DNA of 64,000 nt from a virus. This document shows, piece after piece, positions 43,616-53,930 of the stretch. The translations under genes were made by a program, and so were the position numbers. Positions within the stretch are counted from its first letter, which is position 1. Each line of letters starts with the position of its first letter. The stretch lies in IMG/VR virus record IMGVR_UViG_3300027816_000069, positions 58,351 to 122,350 of that record; one strand, 5' to 3'. The notes under the pieces were generated by a model that saw only the letters and a program-made list of their open reading frames with translations, was not told the DNA's origin and searched no databases.

Positions 43616-44528
43616 TCTTGATATTATCCATAACTTCTATAAAGATATCAATAAAAAAGTATCTTATCCTATTGACTTTCAAAACTTTACACTTATTAAT
43701 GCCAATACTGGCATTGGTGATGCCCTATCTTTATATATTATAGACTCACCTATAAAAGACAATAATATTAAAGTAATAGTTCAACATCCTTCGATAGTTC
43801 AAGAATTAGCACAATATAACAATTATATACCAACAATTAATCATCAACATAATTGGTATAGTAGTATAATAAGCGTATTAGATATTCAATTATACTCTAA
43901 TTTTGGTGGTCATTTTTTACAAAAAAATCAACAATTTCTAGGCTTAGATACTGATATAATACCGAGACCTAAATTAGTATCTAGTGCTCAAATAGAATCT
44001 AATAAAGTTGTTATGACTTTTGACAAAGGAATTGTGCATCAACAACATATACATCCTAGAGCTAGAATTATATACGATGAATCAAAACAAATTATTCAAA
44101 CATTTATTAATAATCATAAACATCAATATCGTTTTGTGGAAGTTGGTAAGTATTCTTTAGGTCTTGATAATGTAGAAAATAAAACTAATATAGGTATACG
44201 CGGCACGGCAGATGAAATAGCGTCATGCGAATATTTTTTTGGTAATCATAATGGATTAATGCATATCGCAGCAGGTTTAGAAAAAAAATCTATTATTATT
44301 GTGAATTTTCCTAGTGCCAAAGATATTATCTTACCGTGTCTCAAAAAAGTAAATATACCAGATATTGATTGGTTATATCCACAAAACACACATCTGCATC
44401 AAGATAATGACGGCCTATTAGTCAAGAAACTTACATATGAAAACATACAAAAGGCATTTAATGGTGAAATATATCCATTTTTTCAAAATAATTATATTTT
44501 TAATACCTTTCAAAATTTAATGAGTTAA
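43608..44528 (+). CDS. GT9 heptosyltransferase-like glycosyltransferase
   Basis: GIGD N-terminus; FFG...GLMHIAAGL.K motif. Confidence 0.7.
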   Translation: MHDLDIIHNFYKDINKKVSYPIDFQNFTLINANTGIGDALSLYIIDSPIKDNNIKVIVQHPSIVQELAQYNNYIPTINHQHNWYSSIISVLDIQLYSNFGGHFLQKNQQFLGLDTDIIPRPKLVSSAQIESNKVVMTFDKGIVHQQHIHPRARIIYDESKQIIQTFINNHKHQYRFVEVGKYSLGLDNVENKTNIGIRGTADEIASCEYFFGNHNGLMHIAAGLEKKSIIIVNFPSAKDIILPCLKKVNIPDIDWLYPQNTHLHQDNDGLLVKKLTYENIQKAFNGEIYPFFQNNYIFNTFQNLMS

Positions 44529-44530
44529 TT

Positions 44531-45118
44531 ATGTCTAATGAAACTAAAAAAGCGTCTAATAGAAGGAAAAATACTTGGTTATATAATAAAATATTCTCAG
44601 GTTATGGTATAGATATAGGCTGTGGATCGGATATACTGAATAAAGAACAAGAATTTCCAAATATTATTCAAGTGGATCCTTTTGATATAGAGCATGGAGA
44701 TGCTCAATATATAAATCAATTTGTTCACAATCAATATGATTTTGTGTATAGTTCTCAATGTTTAGAGCATATGTATGATCCTTTTATTAGTATTAAAAAC
44801 TGGTGGTCGATAGTCAAACCAGGAGGGTATTTGATTTTAAGCGTTCCAGATGAAGACCTGTACGAGCAAGGGATTTTCCCTTCTAGGTGGAATAATGATC
44901 ATAAATGGACTTTTTCTATCAATAAAAAGAACAGTTGGAGTAAAAAACATATAGATATATTGTATTTAATATCCTCATTAAATAATTTTTCCATAATAAA
45001 AATAGAGCTGATAGATACTAATTACGACTATTCTATTGTAAATACTGATCAAACAAGAAGTGATGCCGAAGCTTTTATTGAAGTTATACTAAAAAAGGAA
45101 AATAACAAATGCATATAA
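44531..45118 (+). CDS. class I SAM methyltransferase
   Basis: DIGCG, YDFVYSSQCLEH and VKPGG. Confidence 0.85.
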   Translation: MSNETKKASNRRKNTWLYNKIFSGYGIDIGCGSDILNKEQEFPNIIQVDPFDIEHGDAQYINQFVHNQYDFVYSSQCLEHMYDPFISIKNWWSIVKPGGYLILSVPDEDLYEQGIFPSRWNNDHKWTFSINKKNSWSKKHIDILYLISSLNNFSIIKIELIDTNYDYSIVNTDQTRSDAEAFIEVILKKENNKCI

Positions 45119-45747
45119 AATTTAATTCAGAAGACTATGAAAAAATTATAGAAATAGCAGATTCGTTTTGTAAAGACATAACCGATCAGTTTGGTTGTGA
45201 TATAGCAGAAATTCATTTGCTTATATATAAGCTTATAAGCACTTTAAAACCAAAAACATATGCGGAAATAGGCTCTCATGCTGGCAGGTCCGCTTTTTTT
45301 GCAAGCGTAGCCAGTTCAGAATTTGAAACTGAAATATATTGTTTTGACAAACCCAATGCCGGTTGGGGAGGAGTTCCAAATACACAGCTTTTTTTAGAAA
45401 AGACCCTTAATACAGTAGCTCATAACAGATATCAAATATATTATGGAGATTCTCATAGTGACCTTATAAAAGAAAAAATAAAAGAAAAAATATATGATTT
45501 ATTTTTAATAGATGGAGATCATTCACCGGATGGTATGATGGCGGATTTTGCTGTTGTTTGGGAAAATGTTAGGTCTCAAGGTTTGATTATTATAGACGAT
45601 TTGTTTCATCATCCAGATCTCGATGTTGCTTTTGATAAAATAATTTTAGATTATAAAATTGATACATATATAAAATATATAAATAGCGATGCTATTGATT
45701 ACAGTAGAATACTGCATAGAGGAGTCGGGATAATTCAAAAACCATAA
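45109..45747 (+). CDS. SAM methyltransferase (Methyltransf_24-like)
   Basis: EIG...G.S, GDS, IDGDH and IIDD. Confidence 0.85.
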   Translation: MHIKFNSEDYEKIIEIADSFCKDITDQFGCDIAEIHLLIYKLISTLKPKTYAEIGSHAGRSAFFASVASSEFETEIYCFDKPNAGWGGVPNTQLFLEKTLNTVAHNRYQIYYGDSHSDLIKEKIKEKIYDLFLIDGDHSPDGMMADFAVVWENVRSQGLIIIDDLFHHPDLDVAFDKIILDYKIDTYIKYINSDAIDYSRILHRGVGIIQKP

Positions 45748-45899
45748 ACCTAAAATAAAAAAAGAAAGATTATTGAAATTAGAATCTTACGTTGCTGCTT
45801 TGCGGGGATCTGCTAAAATAATGAGGATATTGGGTTTGAGACTGACTTATGCATTTCAAAATTTATTTGAGCATACTAGTGGGCTAATTAAAATAACGA

Positions 45900-46433
45900 A
45901 TGATGAATAGACTAAACAATCAAAGAGTTTATCTGGCTGGTGCTATGGATAGGGTAGCAGATAGAGGCTCCACATGGAGAGATAATATTACGCCTTTCCT
46001 AGAAAATATTGGAGTTATAGTATTTAACCCAATCAAAAAACCAACAGACATAGGATTAGAAGATAATGATAGTCATGCTGTTAAAACTAAACTAAAACAG
46101 CAACGACGATATGAAGAACTATCATCTATGATGAAAACTATTCGTAGTGTGGATCTACGATTAGTTGATATTAGTGATTTTCTGATAGTTAATCTTGATT
46201 TGGACGTTCACCCATGCGGCACATATGAAGAAATGTTTCTTGCAAATCGTTCAAAAAAACCTATAATTATTCATGTAGAGCAAGGTAAGGAACATACACC
46301 GGATTGGCTCTTTGGAACCATTCCTCATCAAATGTTTTTCTCAAACTGGAAAGATATAGAACATTACCTAACTCATATCAATAGCGATGAAAATATAGAT
46401 ACCTATAATCGTTGGCGATTCTTTAATATGTAA
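45900..46433 (+). CDS. nucleoside 2-deoxyribosyltransferase-like protein
   Basis: VYLAG.M, WR, FNP, D...V..SD and GT.EE. Confidence 0.75.
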   Translation: MMNRLNNQRVYLAGAMDRVADRGSTWRDNITPFLENIGVIVFNPIKKPTDIGLEDNDSHAVKTKLKQQRRYEELSSMMKTIRSVDLRLVDISDFLIVNLDLDVHPCGTYEEMFLANRSKKPIIIHVEQGKEHTPDWLFGTIPHQMFFSNWKDIEHYLTHINSDENIDTYNRWRFFNM

Positions 46434-46437
46434 TTAT

Positions 46438-47571
46438 ATGCAAAAACTAATTAACGAAATAAAACTAGATTTTGATGATGTTTTGATTAGACCAAAAAGG
46501 TCCACACTCAACAGCAGATCAGAAGTTGATTTATCAAGAACCTTCAAGTTTGCACATTCTCCTAGAGAATTAACTTGTGTGCCGATTATGGTTGCTAATA
46601 TGGATACTGTTGGAACAGTAGGTATGGCTAAGTCATTAACACAACATAAAGCGATAACCTGTTTACATAAGCATTATGACTCAGACACTCTGATTAAGCT
46701 ATTTACTTTAAAACCATCTACTGAGCTGATATGGTATTCTACAGGAACTTCTCAAAAAGATTTATCAAAACTAGAAGGGGTTTTTTATACTATCAGAGCA
46801 AGTGGTGGGTATATTCCTAATGTGTGCTTGGATGTGGCAAATGGATATACAGAACAATTTGTCAAAACTGCCGCACACTTACGCAAATCTTTTCCAGAAA
46901 TTATTTTAATGGCTGGGAATGTGGTTACTCCAGAAATGACTGAAGAACTTATTCTTCATGGCAAAGTTGATATAGTCAAGGTTGGTATAGGCTCAGGTAG
47001 TGTTTGCACCACACGTTTAAAAACGGGCGTGGGATACCCTCAATTGAGCGCTATAATGGAATGCGCCGACGCTGCTCATGGTCTAAAAGGTCATTTATGT
47101 AGCGATGGAGGATGTAAAATTGTTGGAGATATTTGTAAGGCATTTGGTGGTAATAGTGATTTTGTAATGCTTGGTAGTATGTTTGCTGGAGCGGATGAGT
47201 GTGAGGGAGAATGGGAATATGAATATCGCGGAGCCATAATTAATAACGACAACACTGTACTCTGTGAGTGGTGGCAGCCGAACGATCCTGGTTCACAAAC
47301 AGAAAAAAGAAAAAAAACGTTTAAGTATTATGGAATGAGCAGTAAAAACGCGATGGACAAACACCATAATGGAGTAGCAGATTACAGAACAGCAGAGGGT
47401 AAATGTGTTACTGTTCCATATAAAGGACCAGCATCAGAAATTATACAAGATATCTATGGTGGCTTAAGAAGCGCATGCACATATATTGGAGCAAATAATA
47501 TAAAAGATTTTGGCAAAAAAACAACATTTATACAAGTTAATAACACTCATAATAAGGTATATGAAAAATGA
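46438..47571 (+). CDS. guaC: GMP reductase
   Basis: LDF.DVLIRPKRSTL.SRS, ANMD, DVANGY, KVGIG.GSVCTTR and Y..AEGK. Confidence 0.93.
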   Translation: MQKLINEIKLDFDDVLIRPKRSTLNSRSEVDLSRTFKFAHSPRELTCVPIMVANMDTVGTVGMAKSLTQHKAITCLHKHYDSDTLIKLFTLKPSTELIWYSTGTSQKDLSKLEGVFYTIRASGGYIPNVCLDVANGYTEQFVKTAAHLRKSFPEIILMAGNVVTPEMTEELILHGKVDIVKVGIGSGSVCTTRLKTGVGYPQLSAIMECADAAHGLKGHLCSDGGCKIVGDICKAFGGNSDFVMLGSMFAGADECEGEWEYEYRGAIINNDNTVLCEWWQPNDPGSQTEKRKKTFKYYGMSSKNAMDKHHNGVADYRTAEGKCVTVPYKGPASEIIQDIYGGLRSACTYIGANNIKDFGKKTTFIQVNNTHNKVYEK

Positions 47572-48641
47572 ATATTTTTTCTCCAGTTAGTGCGCATACA
47601 GGATATGGTTTAGTTGGATATAATATATGGAAACATATCTATAATCATAGTCCTGAGAAGACCACATTATTTTTACAAGGACAAGGTAGTTTTGAACAAA
47701 ATTGGGATATATCTGCCTTAAAACAAAGTATTGATAATAGAATTCATTTTAATAAAGATGCTCCATGCTTTAAGCTATGGCATGGTAATGACTTATTTAC
47801 TAGAACTATTGGTAATTCTAAGTATGGAGTATTGTCATTTTTTGAAATTGATAAACTAACTCCTATAGAAAAAGTAAGCTATAATAGTGCTGATATTATT
47901 ATGATGCCATCATTATGGGCAAAAAATGTCTTAGAAAATAATGGTGTGACCAAACCAATAGTAGTTATACCACAAGGCGTAGATACCACTATTTTTAATG
48001 GACTAGTTTCGCCTCCAGATAAAGAAACCAGAAACACATTTGTCTTTTTAAATGTAGGCAAGTGGGAAGTACGTAAAGGTCATGATATATTAGTAGATAT
48101 GTTTAATAATGCTTTTAATGAAGAAGATGATGTGGAATTATGGATGATTAATCATAATCCTTTTTTAAATAATGAACAAACTAAACAGTGGGGTGAATTA
48201 TATTCGTCATCTAAATTGGGTTCAAAGATTAGATTTTTTCCACGACTACCAGATCAAGCAACATTGTCTAAAGTTATGTCATATGCTGATTGTGGAATAT
48301 TTCCATCAAGAGGAGAAGGATGGAATAATGAAGCTTTAGAGATGATGGCAATGAATAAACCAGTTATTATCACAAACTATTCGGCGCACACACAGTTTTG
48401 CAATAAAGATAATTCATATTTAATTGATATTCAAGAAACAGAGTCTGCATTTGATAATATGTGGTTTCATGGCGAAGGTAATTGGGCCACAATTGGTCCT
48501 GATCAAATAGACCAAAGTATAGAACATATGAGATATGTCTATAAAAATAATATTAGAACAAATCCTAGTGGACTACAAACAGCACAAGATCATTCTTGGA
48601 CTAAAACGGCCAATAGCATCATATCTACTATGTATAGTTAA
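47568..48641 (+). CDS. GT4 glycosyltransferase
   Basis: PS, GVD, RKG and PSRGEGW...LE.MA (E-x7-E). Confidence 0.88.
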   Translation: MNIFSPVSAHTGYGLVGYNIWKHIYNHSPEKTTLFLQGQGSFEQNWDISALKQSIDNRIHFNKDAPCFKLWHGNDLFTRTIGNSKYGVLSFFEIDKLTPIEKVSYNSADIIMMPSLWAKNVLENNGVTKPIVVIPQGVDTTIFNGLVSPPDKETRNTFVFLNVGKWEVRKGHDILVDMFNNAFNEEDDVELWMINHNPFLNNEQTKQWGELYSSSKLGSKIRFFPRLPDQATLSKVMSYADCGIFPSRGEGWNNEALEMMAMNKPVIITNYSAHTQFCNKDNSYLIDIQETESAFDNMWFHGEGNWATIGPDQIDQSIEHMRYVYKNNIRTNPSGLQTAQDHSWTKTANSIISTMYS

Positions 48642-48658
48642 TTGGTGTAATCAAATTA
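48642..48658 (+). promoter_or_regulatory. GGTGTA-class putative late promoter
   Basis: TTGGTGTAATCAAATTA directly after a stop codon, before an AGGAG RBS. Confidence 0.5.
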
Positions 48659-48673
48659 AATAGGAGATACTAT

Positions 48674-49183
48674 ATGCCAATACCAAAAAGAAAACAAAAC
48701 GAAGACAAAAACACTTATGTGTCTCGTTGCATGGGTAATGAGACGATGAAAAAGGACTATCCAGACTCAAAACAAAGAGTAGCCATCTGTTTAGGACAAA
48801 CACGCACAAAAAGTAATCTCATAGAAGAAGTTCATGATGAGCTTTTTGCTAAAAATTGTTCATGGGATGATGAGTGGGATGAGTTTGTATGGGAAGTAGA
48901 AGCTAAAGAGATTTTTGATGAAGAAGGCAAGAGTTTAGGATCAGAATATCAGGGGAGAAAAGTAACACTAAATAAGCCCTTTAGAACACCAGATGGTCCA
49001 AAGAAATTTGCTGTTTATGTAAAAAATGAAAGTGGTAATGTTGTGATTGTACGTTTTGGTGATCCTAATATGAAAATCAAGAAAAATATTCCAGAGCGTA
49101 GAAAAAGCTTTAGGGCTCGACACAATTGTGATAATCCGGGTCCAAAATTTAAAGCCCGATATTGGGCTTGTAAGTCATGGTAA
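48674..49183 (+). CDS. conserved phage protein
   Basis: MP.P.....E...VSRCM...QR.AIC N-terminus; VRFGDP.M...RRKSFRARH.C...ARYW.C..W C-terminus. Confidence 0.75.
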   Translation: MPIPKRKQNEDKNTYVSRCMGNETMKKDYPDSKQRVAICLGQTRTKSNLIEEVHDELFAKNCSWDDEWDEFVWEVEAKEIFDEEGKSLGSEYQGRKVTLNKPFRTPDGPKKFAVYVKNESGNVVIVRFGDPNMKIKKNIPERRKSFRARHNCDNPGPKFKARYWACKSW

Positions 49184-49205
49184 TAAAAAAATAAGGAGAA
49201 TAACT

Positions 49206-49694
49206 ATGTCTGAACGCATCAAAGATATTTTAAATTCTGTTAATGAAACTCTTCATAACACAAAATCTCAAGATACTGACTTTACTGAAGTTGAAGAAAT
49301 GGAAGTTGAAAGTCCAGAAATGGAATTGATGGAATATAAAAACGATTTTTATCAAATGAGTGTTGGTGCCATAAAATCAATTGCCACACACGCAAATGTT
49401 ATCCTACAAGCATTAGATAATCCTAGCGTAAAGGAAGCCTTGACAGAAAGCTGGCTACAGGGTAAAATCGCCGTGACCGAAGATTATATGATCACGATCC
49501 ACAATTTTGTCATGTTTGGTAAAACAGAAACCGATACTGAAGGTAGCGTTTCTGAACACGCCACAAATGGCGATAAACCTGGACTGTGGGATAATATTCG
49601 TAAGAAAAAGGAAAAGATGGGCAAAAATTATCGACCAGCTAAACCTGGAGATAAAGATAGACCCGATCCAGAACAATGGAAAAAATTAACTTAG
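49206..49694 (+). CDS. hypothetical protein
   Basis: AAGGAG RBS; ESWLQGKI and PGLWDNIR.K motifs. Confidence 0.7.
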   Translation: MSERIKDILNSVNETLHNTKSQDTDFTEVEEMEVESPEMELMEYKNDFYQMSVGAIKSIATHANVILQALDNPSVKEALTESWLQGKIAVTEDYMITIHNFVMFGKTETDTEGSVSEHATNGDKPGLWDNIRKKKEKMGKNYRPAKPGDKDRPDPEQWKKLT

Positions 49695-49743
49695 TAGTTA
49701 ATTAGTATAAATACTAGGACTCTTATTAAGGATTAAATAAAAC

Positions 49744-50400
49744 ATGATAGATATTGTATCTGTTGGTAATCAAAAATTATCTTATAAAGACCATGCTGAT
49801 ATTCAATTTGAGTCTTTACCATTCTATTTAGAATTAGCACAAAAAGCCATATCTAAATTTGGTAAGAACTTTTCTGCAAATATTAGCAAGGAAATGTTGA
49901 GAAGTGAGGACGCTATAGCGTCGGTAGCAAACTGTATAATGATGGCAGATTGGAGATGGGATAAAGATCGGAAGGGAGATTCTGGTTTACAAAAAACTAA
50001 ATATTCTTATAGAAATCAGTGCGCTATTTGGGCAATCAAAAGCTATATCAGCCGTAAGAAGAATAAAAAGAGTAAAAGAGGTATCGAGATCAATGGCTGC
50101 TATGATAGCGAACAAGATTACTCATTATTAGATATCTTATGTATTGAAAATGAATGTCCAGTTGAAACACTACAAAATAAAGAAGAAGATCAAAATCTTA
50201 AAAATTATTTTAAGCAAATATTAGATCCTAACAATAAATTGCTCTCAGAAAGACAGTCTCAATATATCAAAATGTATTATTTTGAGAATAAGACATTTGC
50301 TGAAATCGGCAAAAGGTTTTCTGTAACCAGAGAGGCCGTAAGACAAGGTATCAAAAAGGCAATTATAAAAATTAAGGAGGTTAGCGAAGCACATGCCTAA
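49744..50400 (+). CDS. phage sigma-70 family factor
   Basis: Region 4 LSERQ...I..YY....TFAEIG....VTREAVRQ....A; degenerate region 2. Confidence 0.75.
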   Translation: MIDIVSVGNQKLSYKDHADIQFESLPFYLELAQKAISKFGKNFSANISKEMLRSEDAIASVANCIMMADWRWDKDRKGDSGLQKTKYSYRNQCAIWAIKSYISRKKNKKSKRGIEINGCYDSEQDYSLLDILCIENECPVETLQNKEEDQNLKNYFKQILDPNNKLLSERQSQYIKMYYFENKTFAEIGKRFSVTREAVRQGIKKAIIKIKEVSEAHA

Positions 50401-50791
50401 TGTTAAAATATTATTGAGTGTTATTAGTGCGGAACCAACAAGAAATGAAAAATACGTCTTATCTTCAACAGATCATCAAATAATATTCCCATCATTTGAA
50501 TTAGTATCTGGTGATAAGATTGAAGATGAAATTATAAATTTTTTGGGTAATTTTTTTGGACCACTAGCCCTGAAAGGCCACGCCTCCAGTTTAGGATTGT
50601 TGAGTGTGAATCATCATAATGTTCAAAATCTGCTAGACTGCAAAAATACCATATATATACTATATGGTTTAGTAACTCATAAACTACCAATTTATAATTC
50701 TGGTGTGGTATGGAAATCTTTTAATTTTTTAGATCTATCTATACCAAATGAACTAGCAATTATTGGTGAAACTATCAGATTAGGATTTTAA
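50393..50791 (+). CDS. hypothetical protein
   Basis: AAGGAGG RBS. Confidence 0.65.
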   Translation: MPNVKILLSVISAEPTRNEKYVLSSTDHQIIFPSFELVSGDKIEDEIINFLGNFFGPLALKGHASSLGLLSVNHHNVQNLLDCKNTIYILYGLVTHKLPIYNSGVVWKSFNFLDLSIPNELAIIGETIRLGF

Positions 50792-51118
50792 ATGATATTA
50801 AGCATATTCAAAAAAATATTTAATAAAAAATCACAAAAAATTACTAAATTAGAATTTAATCTTGATGATAGTATAATCAATACAATCTTTTATCATTATG
50901 ACGAAACCACTGAGGATGCCCATAAAATAGCTAACATAATTTATGCTTTAAATACAGGATTATTATCAAAACAAATTATAGATAGTATAATTAGTCTGAA
51001 AACTAATAATAAACAATTTATTACAGATATTTTAAGTAGAATAAACTATTTAAGCACCTTAACATTAGATAATGTTGTAGTAACTCCACTGGAAACTTTT
51101 AATAAAAATGCAAAATAA
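50792..51118 (+). CDS. hypothetical protein
   Basis: Packed ORF. Confidence 0.6.
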   Translation: MILSIFKKIFNKKSQKITKLEFNLDDSIINTIFYHYDETTEDAHKIANIIYALNTGLLSKQIIDSIISLKTNNKQFITDILSRINYLSTLTLDNVVVTPLETFNKNAK

Positions 51119-51536
51119 TCCTACTATAGTTTGGGAAAAATGGGTTGATCCATACGGAAATAATCCAGAAGATATAGAGTGGCCAGGATATGATTCTGAT
51201 CATATTATTGATGATCATGATGAAGAATCTGAACACAAGCCTAAAGTTAGCAAAATTAATGCTATAGTCACTTCGATGGGTATTATTCCATTTAATGAAC
51301 ATACAGATTGTAGTAAAATTTTTAATTTTTGGGTAGGACACACCAATTTTAGTATTACTCAATATATTGCTCATATTTTGCAGTCTATAGAGGGGGTTGA
51401 GACTTTGGATATATTTACTAGATATAGATTTAGAATAGCATTTGGTAAGGCGTTTGATGATAGACAAGTGATGGATACTATAAATAGTAAAATCAAAACA
51501 TTATTTATCACAAATGCCAATGAATCCGAATTTTGA
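51108..51536 (+). CDS. conserved phage hypothetical protein
   Basis: WEKW.DP, W.GHTNF.I, GVE and RYR....GK.F. Confidence 0.7.
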   Translation: MQNNPTIVWEKWVDPYGNNPEDIEWPGYDSDHIIDDHDEESEHKPKVSKINAIVTSMGIIPFNEHTDCSKIFNFWVGHTNFSITQYIAHILQSIEGVETLDIFTRYRFRIAFGKAFDDRQVMDTINSKIKTLFITNANESEF

Positions 51537-52191
51537 ACAAAAATTATCCAATATCCATCATTATGGTATTGATCCAGAAAATAGAGAAATATTTCTCCAT
51601 TCACACATGATGGATTGCGAGGATGAAAATGGCGTAGATTATAGATGTGCTGTGACTTTTGAAAAAAATTTACGCTACCTTAATACCATATCATTTGATC
51701 CTATTATTATACATATGCATATGCCGGGCGGCGATTGGTCGGATTGTTTGGGTATATATGACGCTATGCAACACTCACAATCTCCCATTGCCTGCGTAGC
51801 ATATGCTAAAGCAGAATCTGCTAGTGGTGTTATTTTCCAAGCGGCCGATCTGAGAATATTAATGCCTAATGCATATATGCTTATTCATTATGGGTCTTTA
51901 TCACTAGATGGTGAACACAAAGCGGCCCTTAGTAATCTAAAATGGAACGAACAAGAAGCATCAAAAATGATAGAAATTTTTACAGAGAAATGCTGCTTGT
52001 CTCCAATGGCTAAAGAAAAAATGTGGAAAAAATCAATGATAAAAAAACATATAACCTCCCAACTGTCTAATAAATCAGATTGGATACTTACAGCTAACGA
52101 ATCGGTGTATTATGGTTTTGCTGATGGTATATTTGGCACATCACCATATCAATCCATAGAACACATCAAGAAAAAATTAGCGAAAAAATAA
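51514..52191 (+). CDS. ClpP-like serine protease
   Basis: PGG...G..IYD; AESAS (Ser), MLIH (His), SDW.LTA.E...YG.AD (Asp). Confidence 0.8.
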   Translation: MPMNPNFEQKLSNIHHYGIDPENREIFLHSHMMDCEDENGVDYRCAVTFEKNLRYLNTISFDPIIIHMHMPGGDWSDCLGIYDAMQHSQSPIACVAYAKAESASGVIFQAADLRILMPNAYMLIHYGSLSLDGEHKAALSNLKWNEQEASKMIEIFTEKCCLSPMAKEKMWKKSMIKKHITSQLSNKSDWILTANESVYYGFADGIFGTSPYQSIEHIKKKLAKK

Positions 52192-52829
52192 TGTTTATAG
52201 AATACTATATTACTAATATAGACGAAAAAGAAATTGAACTAAAAAATAATATAGAACAAATTATACAATACCCCATATCAGGCATAGTAGCGTCTCATCC
52301 ACAAAGCAAATTTATAAAAAAAAATTTTCCTAATATTCGTACCGGTTGCTTTGTAGATTATCCCATAGCTAATAATGATATTGATCGTAGACCAGATTTA
52401 ATCAAAGACGCAATCAGTATTGAATGTAATTATATTAATATTACCATACCATTCTATTATATTATTAATAGAAAATATAATAAATTTAGAGAAGATATAA
52501 AAAAAAATTTAGATATCTGTAACTCCCATTCTATAGAATTAAGATATATTCTAGAATATCGTAAATTTGATCACCAGCTATTATTAAAGGTTTGTGAAAT
52601 TCTATTAGAAAATCAGATCAATACCATATATCCTTCAACGGGACTGTTTTTAGATAATATCGAAGACAATACTATAGCATGTGCCTATCTCAATAATAAA
52701 ACAGGCATTAATACTATTGTAAATGGTAATATTTGGAAAAAAGACCAAATCACACAAATACATAAAATTCAACCATATGGATTTAGTACAAATCAAATAG
52801 AGACTGTAAAGCTTGCTTTAATACCATAA
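52191..52829 (+). CDS. degenerate DeoC-like TIM barrel
   Basis: VDYP, DAI, R.ILE and YPSTG aligned to DeoC KTSTG with the Lys absent. Confidence 0.55.
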   Translation: MFIEYYITNIDEKEIELKNNIEQIIQYPISGIVASHPQSKFIKKNFPNIRTGCFVDYPIANNDIDRRPDLIKDAISIECNYINITIPFYYIINRKYNKFREDIKKNLDICNSHSIELRYILEYRKFDHQLLLKVCEILLENQINTIYPSTGLFLDNIEDNTIACAYLNNKTGINTIVNGNIWKKDQITQIHKIQPYGFSTNQIETVKLALIP

Positions 52830-52863
52830 TAATAATAGCCAATAAATATACAAACTTATGTTA

Positions 52864-52878
52864 TTTGGTGTATAGAAC
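52864..52878 (+). promoter_or_regulatory. GGTGTA-class putative late promoter
   Basis: TTTGGTGTATAGAAC, intergenic before a structural-type gene. Confidence 0.5.
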
Positions 52879-52919
52879 TTTGAATCTCATATTAATGCAA
52901 ATTTTCATGGAGAAAACAA

Positions 52920-53522
52920 ATGCCTATTACACAAATTGTAGCAGTAAAAGCTGATGGTAGTGAGTATAATACAGTACCACCCAATGCCACGGGTAGTGGT
53001 GCTGGCGGTAATGGCGGTTCTGTTGCTAAAGCCTCAGACTCGTCTTTGCTTGATGGCGTAAGTGTGGCACGATATGATGCTGGTGTTTTTGGTTCGACCG
53101 TTTTAGATAATAATCATATTGATAAGGCTTTATCTGGCGGCACTTTAGCTTATAATAATCCTGGCCCAATAGCCAAAAAGATTACTTCAGATCTTAATGG
53201 ATCAGCAAATGATGTGCTTCGTAGTGGCGCTGCTCAACCAACATTAGTTCAGAGTATCCATAAGATTCAAGTAGAAGGTATGGGGTATGCTGAAGGTGTT
53301 AGAACCACAAAGACTACTTCTGCTATTAGAGGTGGCTACTGGAATATTTACAATGGTCAATTTGCTGGTGGCTATCCTCAGTCATCTGTTGATGTATTGA
53401 GTTTAGCTCCTTCATATCAAGATAGTGCTGCTAATCCTACACGAGCCATACCGGGTAGAATTACATATAAAACATCAGCACCAGTATCAGTAAATACTAA
53501 TTACAAAAAGAAAACTGGCTGA
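52920..53522 (+). CDS. putative virion structural protein
   Basis: G/S/A/T-rich; GGAG RBS; start of the structural block. Confidence 0.6.
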   Translation: MPITQIVAVKADGSEYNTVPPNATGSGAGGNGGSVAKASDSSLLDGVSVARYDAGVFGSTVLDNNHIDKALSGGTLAYNNPGPIAKKITSDLNGSANDVLRSGAAQPTLVQSIHKIQVEGMGYAEGVRTTKTTSAIRGGYWNIYNGQFAGGYPQSSVDVLSLAPSYQDSAANPTRAIPGRITYKTSAPVSVNTNYKKKTG

Positions 53523-53546
53523 TAATTTATATAAGCCTCATACTGA

Positions 53547-53592
53547 TTTAGTGTATATAAGCTAGTAGAGTATTCTGCTAGCTTATATTCTT
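53547..53592 (+). terminator. hairpin overlapping an AGTGTA promoter-like motif
   Basis: ATATAAGCTAGTAGA-GTAT-TCTGCTAGCTTATAT inverted repeat at 53555-53588. Confidence 0.55.
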
Positions 53593-53605
53593 TAATGAGG
53601 TCTCT

Positions 53606-53926
53606 ATGAGTGAAACTATTATACATTTCTGGGAAAATATTGCTACTACTAGCATAGGAATTATTGTGACCATGTTAGGATTTTGGGTGGCTATTGGCCG
53701 TAAAATGGTCACTAAAAGTGAAGTGCTTGAAATAGTTAAAAATGAAAGCCCCTATCTGATTGATAGGCAGTTTATCATGGAAAGATTAGCCATGAATAAA
53801 GAAACTCAGGCCGCATTTGCTAATGCTTTACAACGCAATACTGAAGTTATGAATGATCTTAAGGTTCAATTAGCAACACTAGGTAAAACTCTAGAAGCTT
53901 TAGAAGATAGAATAGAAAGAGCATAG
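53606..53926 (+). CDS. TM plus coiled-coil protein (holin-like)
   Basis: One N-terminal TM, C-terminal coiled coil. Confidence 0.55.
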   Translation: MSETIIHFWENIATTSIGIIVTMLGFWVAIGRKMVTKSEVLEIVKNESPYLIDRQFIMERLAMNKETQAAFANALQRNTEVMNDLKVQLATLGKTLEALEDRIERA

Positions 53927-53930
53927 ACTT

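Noticed and set aside
45748-45899. 150-nt gap before the NDT-like gene
   Set aside because: No convincing ORF, hairpin or promoter motif found.
49706-49713. T4-type late promoter TATAAATA (also near 25665)
   Set aside because: Expected by chance at this AT content and not consistently present before structural genes.
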